From: Acidimicrobiia bacterium
GTDB taxonomy: Bacteria; Actinomycetota; Acidimicrobiia; Spongiisociales; SHLN01
Direction: 5' to 3'
DNA: 43,933 nucleotides
Assembly (NCBI GenBank): GCA_004283105.1
Contig: SHLN01000001.1
Coordinates: 1-43,933, forward strand
A model generated the notes under the pieces. That model was given only the letters and a program-made list of their open reading frames with translations. It did no database searches and had not been told where the DNA came from. Position numbers and translations under genes: made by a program. Position 1 is the stretch's first letter, and the number at the start of each line of letters is the position of its first letter. This document shows positions 26,272 to 38,472 of this stretch, piece by piece.

Positions 26272-27856
26272 CGAGCTGCGAGTCAGCAACCTCGGGATCA
26301 TTGAGGATGCCACCATCGAACCCGGGCCGGGTCTCGTGGTTGTGACCGGTGAGACCGGTGCGGGCAAGACCATGCTGCTCGGCGCGCTTCGACTTCTCTT
26401 GGGAGGTCCAGCCCGGACGGAGGCCATCGGCCCGCACGCCGACGAAGCCAGGGTCGAGGGGCGTTTTGTGACCGGGCCCGATGACGAGATGGTGGTGGCC
26501 CGTCGGCTGACTCCCAGCGGACGGAGCCGGGCCTATATCGATGGCGACATGGTTCCGGTCAAGGAGCTGACGGCACGAATGGAGGGCGCGGTGGAGGTGG
26601 TCGGCCAGCACGACCATCTCCTCATCACCCGACCCGGTTCGGTGCGGGTGCTGCTGGATGCCACGCTCGACGCCGAAGGGCAGGACGCCCGGCGCGCCTA
26701 CCACTCTGCCTGGAGTGGCCTCAAGGACGTTGAGGCGGCCCAGGCGGCGCTGGGCGGGGATCGACGCGCCCTGGAGCGGGAGCTGGACCTCGTTGCCCAC
26801 CAGGCACAGGAGATCGCCGCCGCCGGGTTCGAGTCGGGCGAAGAGGGAGCACTCGCCACCCGGGCGACCCGGCTTCGCCATGCGGAAGAGCTGACAACCG
26901 AACTGGCCGCCGCCTACGACTCGCTCGACCAGGCTGAGGGAGTCGATGATGCCGCCGGTCGAATCCGTCGGGCCGCTTCGCTCGACCCGAGTCTCGAACA
27001 GCTGCTGGAGCAGGCCGCCGACATGCAAGCGCTCGTCGTGGAGCTCAGGACGGCACTGCGCGGTGCCGTCGATGCTCTCAACCATGATCCGGGCGAGCTC
27101 GAGGAGCTCGAGGCGAGGATCGCGGTCCTCAACGATCTGAAGCGCAAGTACGGCAGCGACCTCACCGAAGTGCTCGCCTTCGGTGACCGGGCCGCGGCCC
27201 GGGTCGAACAGATAGGTGGCCTGCTGGCGCGGGCCGACCACCTCGAATCAGAGTTGACGGACGCTCGGGAATCCGTCGCAGCGGCCGGCGAGCGCCTGCG
27301 AGCAGGCCGGCTCCGGGCCGCCAAGGAGATCTCGGAGTCGGCCGTCGACCACCTTCGTCAGCTCGGCTTCAGCGCTCCGGTGGTGGAACTGGCGGTATCG
27401 CCGGCCGAACCGACCGCTTCAGGGATCGATGCCATTGAGCTGCTGTTCTCATCCGACGAGTCCATCACTCCGGCTCCGGCCAGCCGGGTTGCCTCGGGCG
27501 GAGAGTTGAGCAGGCTCGTCCTCTCGCTCCGTCTGGCCGGCGGCGTGGGGGAAGCAGCCGTCATCGCTTTCGACGAGATCGATGCCGGCATCGGGGGCGC
27601 CACCGCCCTTGCTATGGGAGAGAAGCTCAACGGATTGGCGGACGGGCGACAGGTGCTGTGTGTGACCCACCTCCCGCAGGTGGCCGCCTTCGCAACCACC
27701 CATCTCGTCGTCGACCGGGAAGGAGCCACCGCCCGGGTGCGTCCGGTTGTCGGGGACGAGCGGGTCGCCGAGATCACCCGCATGTTGTCGGGACTTCCGG
27801 AGAGCGAACGCGGCCAAGACCATGCCCTCGAGTTGCTCGCTCTCGGTGGTCGGTGA
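26264..27856 (+). CDS. recN: DNA repair protein RecN
   Basis: VIDELRVSNLGIIEDATIEPGPGLVVVTGETGAGKTMLL forms the N-terminus, coiled-coil follows, and the C-terminus has SGGELSR and FDEIDAG. GTG 26264 is chosen as the start. Confidence 0.92.
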   Translation: MIDELRVSNLGIIEDATIEPGPGLVVVTGETGAGKTMLLGALRLLLGGPARTEAIGPHADEARVEGRFVTGPDDEMVVARRLTPSGRSRAYIDGDMVPVKELTARMEGAVEVVGQHDHLLITRPGSVRVLLDATLDAEGQDARRAYHSAWSGLKDVEAAQAALGGDRRALERELDLVAHQAQEIAAAGFESGEEGALATRATRLRHAEELTTELAAAYDSLDQAEGVDDAAGRIRRAASLDPSLEQLLEQAADMQALVVELRTALRGAVDALNHDPGELEELEARIAVLNDLKRKYGSDLTEVLAFGDRAAARVEQIGGLLARADHLESELTDARESVAAAGERLRAGRLRAAKEISESAVDHLRQLGFSAPVVELAVSPAEPTASGIDAIELLFSSDESITPAPASRVASGGELSRLVLSLRLAGGVGEAAVIAFDEIDAGIGGATALAMGEKLNGLADGRQVLCVTHLPQVAAFATTHLVVDREGATARVRPVVGDERVAEITRMLSGLPESERGQDHALELLALGGR

Positions 27857-27884
27857 CCCGGTCGATCGCGCCGTCCGCGCGTGA

Positions 27885-31242
<3,358 letters not shown>

Positions 31243-31244
31243 GG

Positions 31245-32129
31245 ATGGCCATCCTCGAACAGGATGTAGAGGAGTATCTCGCTTCGCTGACGAGTGAACG
31301 CGGGCTGTCCCGTCACACCGTTGCCGCCTACCGGCGAGATCTCGCCCAGTATCTCGCCTTCCTCGAGGGCCGGACCACCAACGCAGCGCGTGTATCGGGG
31401 TTCGTGAAATCCCTGCACGATCGGGGCCTGGCGGCCAGTTCGGTCGCCCGCAAGACGGCGGCGGTGCGAGGCCTCCACCGGTTCCGGGTGACAGAAGGCC
31501 TTGCCGAAGATGATCCCACCGTCCTCATGGAGACCGCCAAGCGGTCGCAGCCACTCCCGAAGGCGTTGACGCTCGATGAGGTGATGGCATTGCTGGACAC
31601 TCCGGACACGGCGACCCCCGCCGGCCGGCGCGATCGTGCCATCCTAGAATTCCTGTACGCAACCGGGGCCCGGGTGTCCGAGGTGGTGGGTCTCGACCAG
31701 GAGGACATCGATCTCGAGGCCGGAACCGCCATCGTCACGGGAAAGGGCAACAAACAACGCCTCGTGCCCCTCGGTGGTTTCGCCGTCCGGGCCATCGAGG
31801 CGTACCTGCCCGACCGGCTGGGGATTCGTCTCTCCGGTCGCGATCCCGGGGCGCTCTTCCTGAACGCCCGGGGTGGACGGCTCACCCGCCAGGGACTGTG
31901 GGGCATCGTTCGCAAGCAGGCCGCCCGGGCCGGAATCCCGGCCGATCGCGTGTCTCCGCACGTCCTCCGACACTCGGCGGCCACCCACATGGTCGAGCGG
32001 GGCGCCGACCTGAGGTCCGTCCAACAACTGCTGGGTCACGCTACAATCACTACTACACAGGTGTACACCCGGGTAACCCCACAGCACTTATTCGAGGTGT
32101 ACGTCACGTCTCATCCACGCAGCAGATGA
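31245..32129 (+). CDS. xerD: site-specific tyrosine recombinase XerD
   Basis: GLS..T..AYRRDL, ATGARVSE, GKGNK.R.VP, HVLRHS.ATH and LLGHA...TTQ.YT provide the R-H-R-Y catalytic set. The position matches mycobacterial xerD synteny. Confidence 0.88.
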   Translation: MAILEQDVEEYLASLTSERGLSRHTVAAYRRDLAQYLAFLEGRTTNAARVSGFVKSLHDRGLAASSVARKTAAVRGLHRFRVTEGLAEDDPTVLMETAKRSQPLPKALTLDEVMALLDTPDTATPAGRRDRAILEFLYATGARVSEVVGLDQEDIDLEAGTAIVTGKGNKQRLVPLGGFAVRAIEAYLPDRLGIRLSGRDPGALFLNARGGRLTRQGLWGIVRKQAARAGIPADRVSPHVLRHSAATHMVERGADLRSVQQLLGHATITTTQVYTRVTPQHLFEVYVTSHPRSR

Positions 32130-32141
32130 TGGGAAAGCGCC

Positions 32142-32492
32142 ATGACAATCGACTTTGATAACGCACGCAAGGTTCTCCGCGAAGAGCGGGACAAGCTCGT
32201 TCATCAGCTCGCCGAGCTCGGTTCGGACGAGAATGGCGACCTGCGTCCTGATCTCGACTTCGGGGAAGGGTTCGCCGATGCCGCAGCGGTGACGTCGGAA
32301 CGCACCGAGGTCATCGGTATTGTCGAGACGCTCAAGCATCAGCTCGACGACGTCGACGAAGCGGTCACCAAGCTCGACGACGGCACCTACGGAACCTGTC
32401 ACTCCTGTGGCAAGGAGATCGGTGCGGCCCGCATGGAGGCTCGTCCCTTCTCTCTCTATTGCGTGGACTGCAAAACCCGCCGCTCCGCCTAG
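32142..32492 (+). CDS. TraR/DksA family C4 zinc-finger protein
   Basis: A coiled-coil N-terminus is followed by GTYGTCHSCGKEI......CVDC. Confidence 0.8.
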   Translation: MTIDFDNARKVLREERDKLVHQLAELGSDENGDLRPDLDFGEGFADAAAVTSERTEVIGIVETLKHQLDDVDEAVTKLDDGTYGTCHSCGKEIGAARMEARPFSLYCVDCKTRRSA

Positions 32493-32510
32493 CCCGGGCG
32501 GGCAGCGTTC

Positions 32511-33137
32511 TTGGGCTTCTCGTTCACCGACAACTCGTTCATCGAGGCTGCCCTCGTCATTCTCATCCTGATCCCATCGATCATGGTGCACGAGGTGTCA
32601 CACGGCCTGGTTGCCTATCGGCTCGGTGATCCGACTGCGCGCGACGCAGGCCGGTTGACCTTCAATCCCATCAAGCACATCGATCCCTTCGGGTCGGTGC
32701 TGCTGCCGGCCATGCTGGCACTGGCAAACGGGCCCCTGTTCGGCTGGGCCAAGCCGGTCCCGGTCAATCCGGCCCGGTTTGTCAATCCGACTGCTCACAT
32801 GGCGATAACGGCTGTGGCCGGACCTCTTTCGAACGTGATCCTGGCAACGATTCTCGGTCGACTCGTCTTCCCGTCGTTGAGCGGGATACCGGAAGAGCTC
32901 GTCGGCGATTTCATCATCATCAACCTGTTCCTGGCGGTGTTCAACATGCTCCCCATCCCGCCCCTGGACGGGAGTCGGCTCCTGCCGCTCGTGCTCCCCG
33001 AGCGCGGCCGGGAGCTATACCGGCAGTTCGAGCAATTCGGGTTCATCATCCTGTTCGCCTTGCTGTTCTTCCTGGAGGGCTCGCTGGACTTCATGGTCGA
33101 TTGGGTTGAATGGCTGTTGTTCAACGTGGCGCTCTAG
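32511..33137 (+). CDS. site-2 protease family (M50) membrane metalloprotease
   Basis: The zinc motif is HEVSHGLVA, followed by FNMLPIPPLDG and multiple TM segments. The start is TTG. Confidence 0.8.
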   Translation: MGFSFTDNSFIEAALVILILIPSIMVHEVSHGLVAYRLGDPTARDAGRLTFNPIKHIDPFGSVLLPAMLALANGPLFGWAKPVPVNPARFVNPTAHMAITAVAGPLSNVILATILGRLVFPSLSGIPEELVGDFIIINLFLAVFNMLPIPPLDGSRLLPLVLPERGRELYRQFEQFGFIILFALLFFLEGSLDFMVDWVEWLLFNVAL

Positions 33138-33667
33138 TGAGCGACCACCCCCGTACCCCCGCCCATGCGCTCCATCTCATGCGCCGGGCTCGTGGCTCGA
33201 TCCGACCCCGGCCGCTGTCACCGCGCGAGGAAGCCGAAGTGGCCGGCCTGCTCGATGAACGTCTGGCAGGGCTGTTCTGGGAGCAGCCGGTCATGGATCA
33301 ACGCCACGCCATCGACGCCGCCCACCTCGTGCTGGCCCGCCGGCCCGGCGCTCGCAACATTGCCAGGGCCGCCCTGCTCCACGATGTCGGCAAGCGACAC
33401 GCCCGCCTCGGGTTCTTCGGCCGGGTGGCTGCCACCACCCTGGCCCTGCTGCGCCTCCCGGCGCCCGGCCGCCTTCGGGTCTATCTGGACCACGCCCGCC
33501 TCGGCGCCGAGGACCTGACCGGAGCCGATGAGCTCATCGTCGGGTACGCCCGGCACCAGGATGGGAGCCGGCCGGACTTCATCCCGGCCGGCACATGGGC
33601 CCTCCTCAAGGAAGCCGACGGCGAAAAGCATCGGCTCGCCGACGAGGCCCAATACGATGTCGGCTGA
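33137..33667 (+). CDS. HD-domain phosphohydrolase-like protein
   Basis: H..D....LLHDVGK is the HD signature. The GTG at 33137 overlaps the upstream TAG by 1 nt, so the start is uncertain. Confidence 0.6.
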   Translation: MSDHPRTPAHALHLMRRARGSIRPRPLSPREEAEVAGLLDERLAGLFWEQPVMDQRHAIDAAHLVLARRPGARNIARAALLHDVGKRHARLGFFGRVAATTLALLRLPAPGRLRVYLDHARLGAEDLTGADELIVGYARHQDGSRPDFIPAGTWALLKEADGEKHRLADEAQYDVG

Positions 33668-33679
33668 TGCGGAGTAGTC

Positions 33680-34441
33680 ATGAGCTATGAGGTGAAAACA
33701 GCGGTCTTCGAAGGACCGCTCGACCTGCTGCTCCAGCTCATCACCCGCCACCAGGTCGACATCACCCACCTGAGCCTGACCGGGCTCGTGACCGAGTACC
33801 TTGCCTACCTCGACGAGATGCGAGAGCTGGACATGGAGGTCACGAGCGAGTTCTTGCTCATTGCGTCAACGCTCATCCAGCTGAAAGCCCGGTTCCTGCT
33901 GCCCGACGACCCGGATGTCGATCTCGACGAGGAGCTCGCCCTATTCGAAGAACGGGACCGCCTGCTCGCCCGACTGCTGGCGTGCGCCACGTTCAAGGAC
34001 GTGGCCGCCGTGCTTGCCCACCGGCTCGCCGGCCAGGCCCGGTTCATGCCGCGCACGGCCGGGATCGACATCGACGTTCGAGTCCCCGATCCGGAGATCA
34101 AGCTGGGGATGGGTCCCGAAGCGTTTGCCCGGTTGGCGGGTCGGGTGCTCAGCCGGACGGGAGAACCTGATCTCGACCACCTCGACCTCGACCTGCCGTC
34201 GGTTCCGGCGGCCATCAAGGACCTCAGGGTCCGCCTTCAGGCCGAGATGGAGGGCGAGTTCGACGACTTGACCGACCACCTCACCCGTACGGTCGAAGTT
34301 GCCGCCTACTTCCTTGCCATGCTGGAGCTGGCTCGCTGGGGCATGATCGAGGTCAGCCAGCAGCACCGCGATGCCCCGATCAAGATCCGAACCAGACCCG
34401 AGGCCGAAGCGGTCGACGGTCTCGAAAGCGAATGGACCTGA
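33680..34441 (+). CDS. scpA: segregation and condensation protein A
   Basis: FEGPLDLLLQLI....VDI...L..L...YL and LLIASTLIQLKAR.LLP are present. Confidence 0.9.
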   Translation: MSYEVKTAVFEGPLDLLLQLITRHQVDITHLSLTGLVTEYLAYLDEMRELDMEVTSEFLLIASTLIQLKARFLLPDDPDVDLDEELALFEERDRLLARLLACATFKDVAAVLAHRLAGQARFMPRTAGIDIDVRVPDPEIKLGMGPEAFARLAGRVLSRTGEPDLDHLDLDLPSVPAAIKDLRVRLQAEMEGEFDDLTDHLTRTVEVAAYFLAMLELARWGMIEVSQQHRDAPIKIRTRPEAEAVDGLESEWT

Positions 34442-34442
34442 C

Positions 34443-35030
34443 ATGAACAACCGCTCAATTCTCGAAGCGATTCTGTTCGTTGCCGAGCGGCCCGTCCCGG
34501 CCTCCGAGCTGGCAGAAGTGACCGAGCGGCCCCGCGCCGAGGTCGAAGCCGAGCTGGCTGCCATGGCCGCCGACTACGAGGCCCGGGAAGCCGGCATCGT
34601 CCTCAAGGAGGTCGGCGGAGGCTGGCGTCTCTTCAGTCATCCCCAGGCCCGCCCGTATCTGGAGCAGTTCGCCGCCAGCCCGGCCGCCACACGGCTCTCC
34701 CAGGCGGCGCTCGAGACGCTGTCGGTTGTCGCCTATCGTCAGCCGGTCACTCGCGGCCAGGTGAGTGAGATCCGGGGCGTCGACTCGGAGCGGTCGCTGC
34801 ACACCCTCGAGCGGCTCGGGCTCGTTTCCGAAATCGGCACGGCACCCGGTCCCGGTAGTCCGATCCTGTACGGGACCACCGAGACGTTCGTGGAGAAACT
34901 CGGCGTGAATGGGCTCGATGAGTTGCCGCCGCTGGCCGATCATGTGCCCCCACCGCAGGTCGTCGAAGCCCTCGAGCGGCCGTTTCGCCCGGACACGGCC
35001 ATCGACCTGCGCGATGAGGAAGACTCGTAG
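34443..35030 (+). CDS. scpB: segregation and condensation protein B
   Basis: ILEAILFVAERPV....L, LS.AALETLSVVAYRQPVTR..V..IRGV and LL..GL are present. Confidence 0.9.
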   Translation: MNNRSILEAILFVAERPVPASELAEVTERPRAEVEAELAAMAADYEAREAGIVLKEVGGGWRLFSHPQARPYLEQFAASPAATRLSQAALETLSVVAYRQPVTRGQVSEIRGVDSERSLHTLERLGLVSEIGTAPGPGSPILYGTTETFVEKLGVNGLDELPPLADHVPPPQVVEALERPFRPDTAIDLRDEEDS

Positions 35031-35743
35031 AGCGCCTCCAGAAGCTCATCGCCCATTCGGGGATCGCCTCGCGCCGCTCGGCCGAGGATCTCATCCGCCA
35101 GGGCCGGGTCACCGTCGACGGGACTCCCGCCCACCTCGGCCAGAAAGTGGATCCCGACACGGCCTGGGTTGAGGTCGATGGGGTGCCACTGCCGATCAAG
35201 CCCGACCTCGTCCACTACCTGCTGTACAAGCCGGTCGGTGTTGTCAGCACCACCGATGATCCACAGGGGCGCCCGACGGTGATCGACCTCGTTCCTGCCA
35301 CGACGAGGGTGTACCCGGTTGGCAGGCTCGATGCCGACAGCGAGGGTCTGCTGCTGCTCACCAACGACGGTGCTCTTACCGAGCGGGTCACCCATCCCCG
35401 CTACGGCATCGAGAAGACCTATCTGGTTCAGATCGATGGATCGATGGGTTCCAAAGCGTTGTCCCGGCTGACCGCCGGGGTGGAACTGGACGACGGTTCG
35501 GCCCGTGCCGTCGGCGCCCGGGTTGTCGAGGCTGGCCGCACCCGCTCCCTCGTGGAAGTCGTCATGACCGAGGGCCGCAAGCGGGAAGTCCGTCGCATGT
35601 TCGACGCGGTCGGTCACCCGGTGCGTCGTCTCGTACGGGAGGCCATCGGGCCCATCACAGATCGGCGGCTCAAGCCGGGTGAGTGGCGAGACCTGAGCCT
35701 GGCAGAGGTACGCTCCCTCTACGCTGCCGCCACGGAGACATGA
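35027..35743 (+). CDS. rluB: 23S rRNA pseudouridine synthase, RluB/RsuA family (S4 + PUS domains)
   Basis: ERLQKLIAHSGIASRRSAEDLIRQGRVTVDG is the S4 domain, followed by YLLYKP.GVVST..D..GRPTV, the catalytic GRLDADSEGLLLLTNDG and KTY. The first canonical start, GTG 35147, lies after the S4 domain, so the 5' end is unresolved (see finding). Confidence 0.85.
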   Translation, partial: VERLQKLIAHSGIASRRSAEDLIRQGRVTVDGTPAHLGQKVDPDTAWVEVDGVPLPIKPDLVHYLLYKPVGVVSTTDDPQGRPTVIDLVPATTRVYPVGRLDADSEGLLLLTNDGALTERVTHPRYGIEKTYLVQIDGSMGSKALSRLTAGVELDDGSARAVGARVVEAGRTRSLVEVVMTEGRKREVRRMFDAVGHPVRRLVREAIGPITDRRLKPGEWRDLSLAEVRSLYAAATET

Positions 35744-37665
35744 AGCGGATATCCCCGAGCGGCCCGGTGGCCGGCACCGTCCGCCTCCCGGGCTCCAAGA
35801 GCATCACGAATCGAGCCCTGCTGGTAGCCGCGCTCGCCTCCGGTGAGAGCCGTCTGGTCGGGGCACTTCGCTCCGATGACACCGAGGCGATGATCGACAG
35901 CCTCTCCCGGCTCGGCGTAGCCGTGTCATGGGACGGCTACGACCTCATCGTGGCGGGTTCGGACGGGTCGCTCGGTGCGGGCGATACGGAGATCGACGTA
36001 CGCGGATCCGGGACCACCGCCCGGTTCCTCACCGCCGCCTGCACCGTTCGCGACGGCACCGTCGTCGTGGACGGAAATCGACGGATGCGCCAGCGCCCCA
36101 TCGGAGACCTCGTGCGGGCGCTGGGTGAACTGGGAGCCGCCGTCGAAGTGCTCGGCGAGGAGGACCGGCCGCCCGTGCGAGTGCATGGACCGGCCCTGAC
36201 CGGAGGAGCCGCCATCCTCGATGCCTCCCGTTCGAGCCAATTCGCTTCGGCAGTGCTCATGGTGGCGCCCTGCGCAGACGGCGATACGGTCCTCGAGTTG
36301 CGCGAGCCGATCGTCTCACGGCCGTACATCGATCAGACCCTGGAGGTCATGCGGGCATTCGGGGCCGAGGCAGCCTGGGACGGGCCGACGACTCTCACCG
36401 TGGCCGCCGGCGGATACGCAGCCCGCGACTTCATCATCGAAGGTGACGCATCGGCCGCCGCCTACCCGCTCGTCGCCGCCGCAGTGTGCGGTGGGTCTGT
36501 CCGGGTTGGACCGCTACCCGAAGGGTCACTCCAGGCCGACCTCGGACTCATCCCCATCCTCGAGCGAATGGGTGCGGAAGTGCGGCGAGAGGGCGACGAC
36601 GTAATCCTCAACGGCCATCCGCAGACCCTCGCCGCGGTCAGTGAGAACATGAACGACGCCCCCGACGCGGTCGTCGCTCTGGCAGTGGCGGCGCTGTTCG
36701 CCGGGGGCGAGACCCGTCTCACCGACATTGCCAATCTGCGGATCAAAGAGTCGAATCGCATGGAGGACCTGGCGATGGAGCTCCGCAAGCTCGGTGGCAT
36801 TGCCGCGACCGGGCCGGATTTCCTCGTGGTGGAGGGTGGCGAGCTACGGGCTGCCACCATCGACCCCCACGACGACCATCGCATGGCCATGTCCTTTGCC
36901 GTTGCCGGGCTTCGCATTCCCGGTGTCGAGATCGAAGATCCCGAGTGCGTCGCCAAGACGTGGCCGGGATTCTTCGCTGCTCTCGAGTCGATCACCACTC
37001 CGCTCATCATCGCCGTGGACGGTCCCGGTGGGGTGGGAAAGAGCACCGTCAGTCAGGCGGTCGCCGGCCGTTTTGGCCTGGGCCACCTCGAGACCGGTGG
37101 CATGTACCGGGCCGGTGCCCTCGCCGTCCTCGAAGCAGGAATCGACATCGGGGACGAAGCCGCCGTGGCGGCGCTCATCGACACACTCACCGTCGACGTG
37201 GTCGACGGGCGCGTCATCATGAATGGCACGGACGTGACCGACGTCCTTCGGACAGAGGCCGTCAGTACCGCCTCGAGCCGGGTGTCGGCAGTTCCCCGCG
37301 TGCGGGAGGCCCTGGTGGCCTTGCAGCGCCGGTGGGTGCGACCGGACGGCGGAGGAGCGGTCGTGGAGGGCCGCGATATCGGGACGGTCGTGTTCCCCGA
37401 CAGTCCTGCCAAGGTCTACCTCACCGCCCGCCCGGATGTCCGTGCGATCCGGCGGGTGCGCGATCTCGGCCTGAGCGAGGACGACATACCGAGGATCGCC
37501 GCCGACCTCGCCGCCCGCGACGAACGCGACTCAACCCGGGCGGTCTCGCCGCTCCGTCCTGCTGATGATGCCCTCATTCTCGACACCTCCGACATGCCGA
37601 TCGAGCAGGTGATCGACACCGTCGCCCGCTTCGTCATCGACCGCGGCCGTCACCCCACGACGTAA
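35740..37665 (+). CDS. aroA-cmk: bifunctional 3-phosphoshikimate 1-carboxyvinyltransferase / cytidylate kinase fusion
   Basis: The N-terminal ~420 aa are EPSP synthase: LPGSKSITNRALL, GSGTTARFL, D.HRMAM and KTWPGFF. They run without a stop into IIAVDGPGGVGKSTV...GMYR...GRDIGTVVFP, the Cmk part. The ATG overlaps the rluB stop (ATGA). Confidence 0.9.
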   Translation: MKRISPSGPVAGTVRLPGSKSITNRALLVAALASGESRLVGALRSDDTEAMIDSLSRLGVAVSWDGYDLIVAGSDGSLGAGDTEIDVRGSGTTARFLTAACTVRDGTVVVDGNRRMRQRPIGDLVRALGELGAAVEVLGEEDRPPVRVHGPALTGGAAILDASRSSQFASAVLMVAPCADGDTVLELREPIVSRPYIDQTLEVMRAFGAEAAWDGPTTLTVAAGGYAARDFIIEGDASAAAYPLVAAAVCGGSVRVGPLPEGSLQADLGLIPILERMGAEVRREGDDVILNGHPQTLAAVSENMNDAPDAVVALAVAALFAGGETRLTDIANLRIKESNRMEDLAMELRKLGGIAATGPDFLVVEGGELRAATIDPHDDHRMAMSFAVAGLRIPGVEIEDPECVAKTWPGFFAALESITTPLIIAVDGPGGVGKSTVSQAVAGRFGLGHLETGGMYRAGALAVLEAGIDIGDEAAVAALIDTLTVDVVDGRVIMNGTDVTDVLRTEAVSTASSRVSAVPRVREALVALQRRWVRPDGGGAVVEGRDIGTVVFPDSPAKVYLTARPDVRAIRRVRDLGLSEDDIPRIAADLAARDERDSTRAVSPLRPADDALILDTSDMPIEQVIDTVARFVIDRGRHPTT

Positions 37666-37721
37666 GACAGCAGTCGTCCGCAGCGTGGTTCCCTTCCTAC
37701 GAATCGGAGGGCCTCCTAGAG

Positions 37722-37737
37722 TGTCTGCTAGCCGACA
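37722..37737. promoter_or_regulatory. 16-bp near-palindrome TGTCTGCTAGCCGACA upstream of the Crp/Fnr gene
   Basis: 14 of 16 positions are self-complementary (TGTC-N8-GACA with an inner GCTAGC). It ends 39 nt upstream of the ATG at 37777. Confidence 0.35.
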
Positions 37738-37776
37738 ATTGTATCGTTGGGTCTCCGGCAGAGGCGTTGAGGGGCC

Positions 37777-38472
37777 ATGACCATCGTGAATGAGACACCG
37801 GCGGACGAGCAGCACCTTGCGTGGCTGGCGCGTTCGTTTGGGCGCCCCGACTATCTGCCGTTGTCACCGGCTGATCTCGAGGCGCTCTCCAACGCAGGCG
37901 CGATCGTCAAGAAGTACCCGGGCACCCATCTCTTCAAGGAAGGTGAAGCAGCAACGAGCGCCTTCCTCGTCAGGGAGGGGGATGTCGATCTGTACCGTGG
38001 CCCGGCAGCGCAGCGGGAGGTCGTGGGACGGGTCGGCCCCGGAGCCGTGATCGGCGACATTGCCATGTTCAGCGACCAGCCCTACATCTCCTCTGCCCGG
38101 GCCGTTGGTCACGTGACGGCCTTTCGTTTCGACCGCGATCGGCTGCTGCCCGAGCTGGCGCGGTCTCCGGCCATCACGCTCCGCTGGCTCGTGGCGAGCC
38201 TCACTCAGCTCGAGCGCACCCAGCGCCGGGTGCTCAACCTCATGCACCGGACGGTCATTGCCCAGGTGGCCGGGCTACTCGTGAACGAATCCGACGAGCA
38301 GGGGGAGGTCGCCCTGAGCCAGGCCACCATGGCCACGTTGCTGGGCGCCAGTCGCCAATCGGTCAATGAGGCGCTCAATGAGCTGAAGCGACGCGGCCAG
38401 GTCGAGACCGGGTATCGACTCGTACGGGTGCTTGATATTGCCGGGCTCAGTCAGATTGCGGGGAGGGACTGA
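37777..38472 (+). CDS. Crp/Fnr family transcriptional regulator
   Basis: It has a cNMP-binding-like beta-roll (FKEGE......LV.EG.V.LY, GDIAMF) and a C-terminal HTH (SQATMATLLGASRQSVNEALNELKRRGQV). Confidence 0.8.
   Translation: MTIVNETPADEQHLAWLARSFGRPDYLPLSPADLEALSNAGAIVKKYPGTHLFKEGEAATSAFLVREGDVDLYRGPAAQREVVGRVGPGAVIGDIAMFSDQPYISSARAVGHVTAFRFDRDRLLPELARSPAITLRWLVASLTQLERTQRRVLNLMHRTVIAQVAGLLVNESDEQGEVALSQATMATLLGASRQSVNEALNELKRRGQVETGYRLVRVLDIAGLSQIAGRD

Noticed and set aside
31245-32129. The tyrosine recombinase as a phage or integrative-element integrase, in view of the tRNA-Pro at the window end.
   Set aside because: The sequence and the pyrG-NUDIX-xerD synteny identify the chromosomal dimer-resolution recombinase XerD. 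It is 11.7 kb from the tRNA, and no att-like repeat of the tRNA 3' end is visible in the window.
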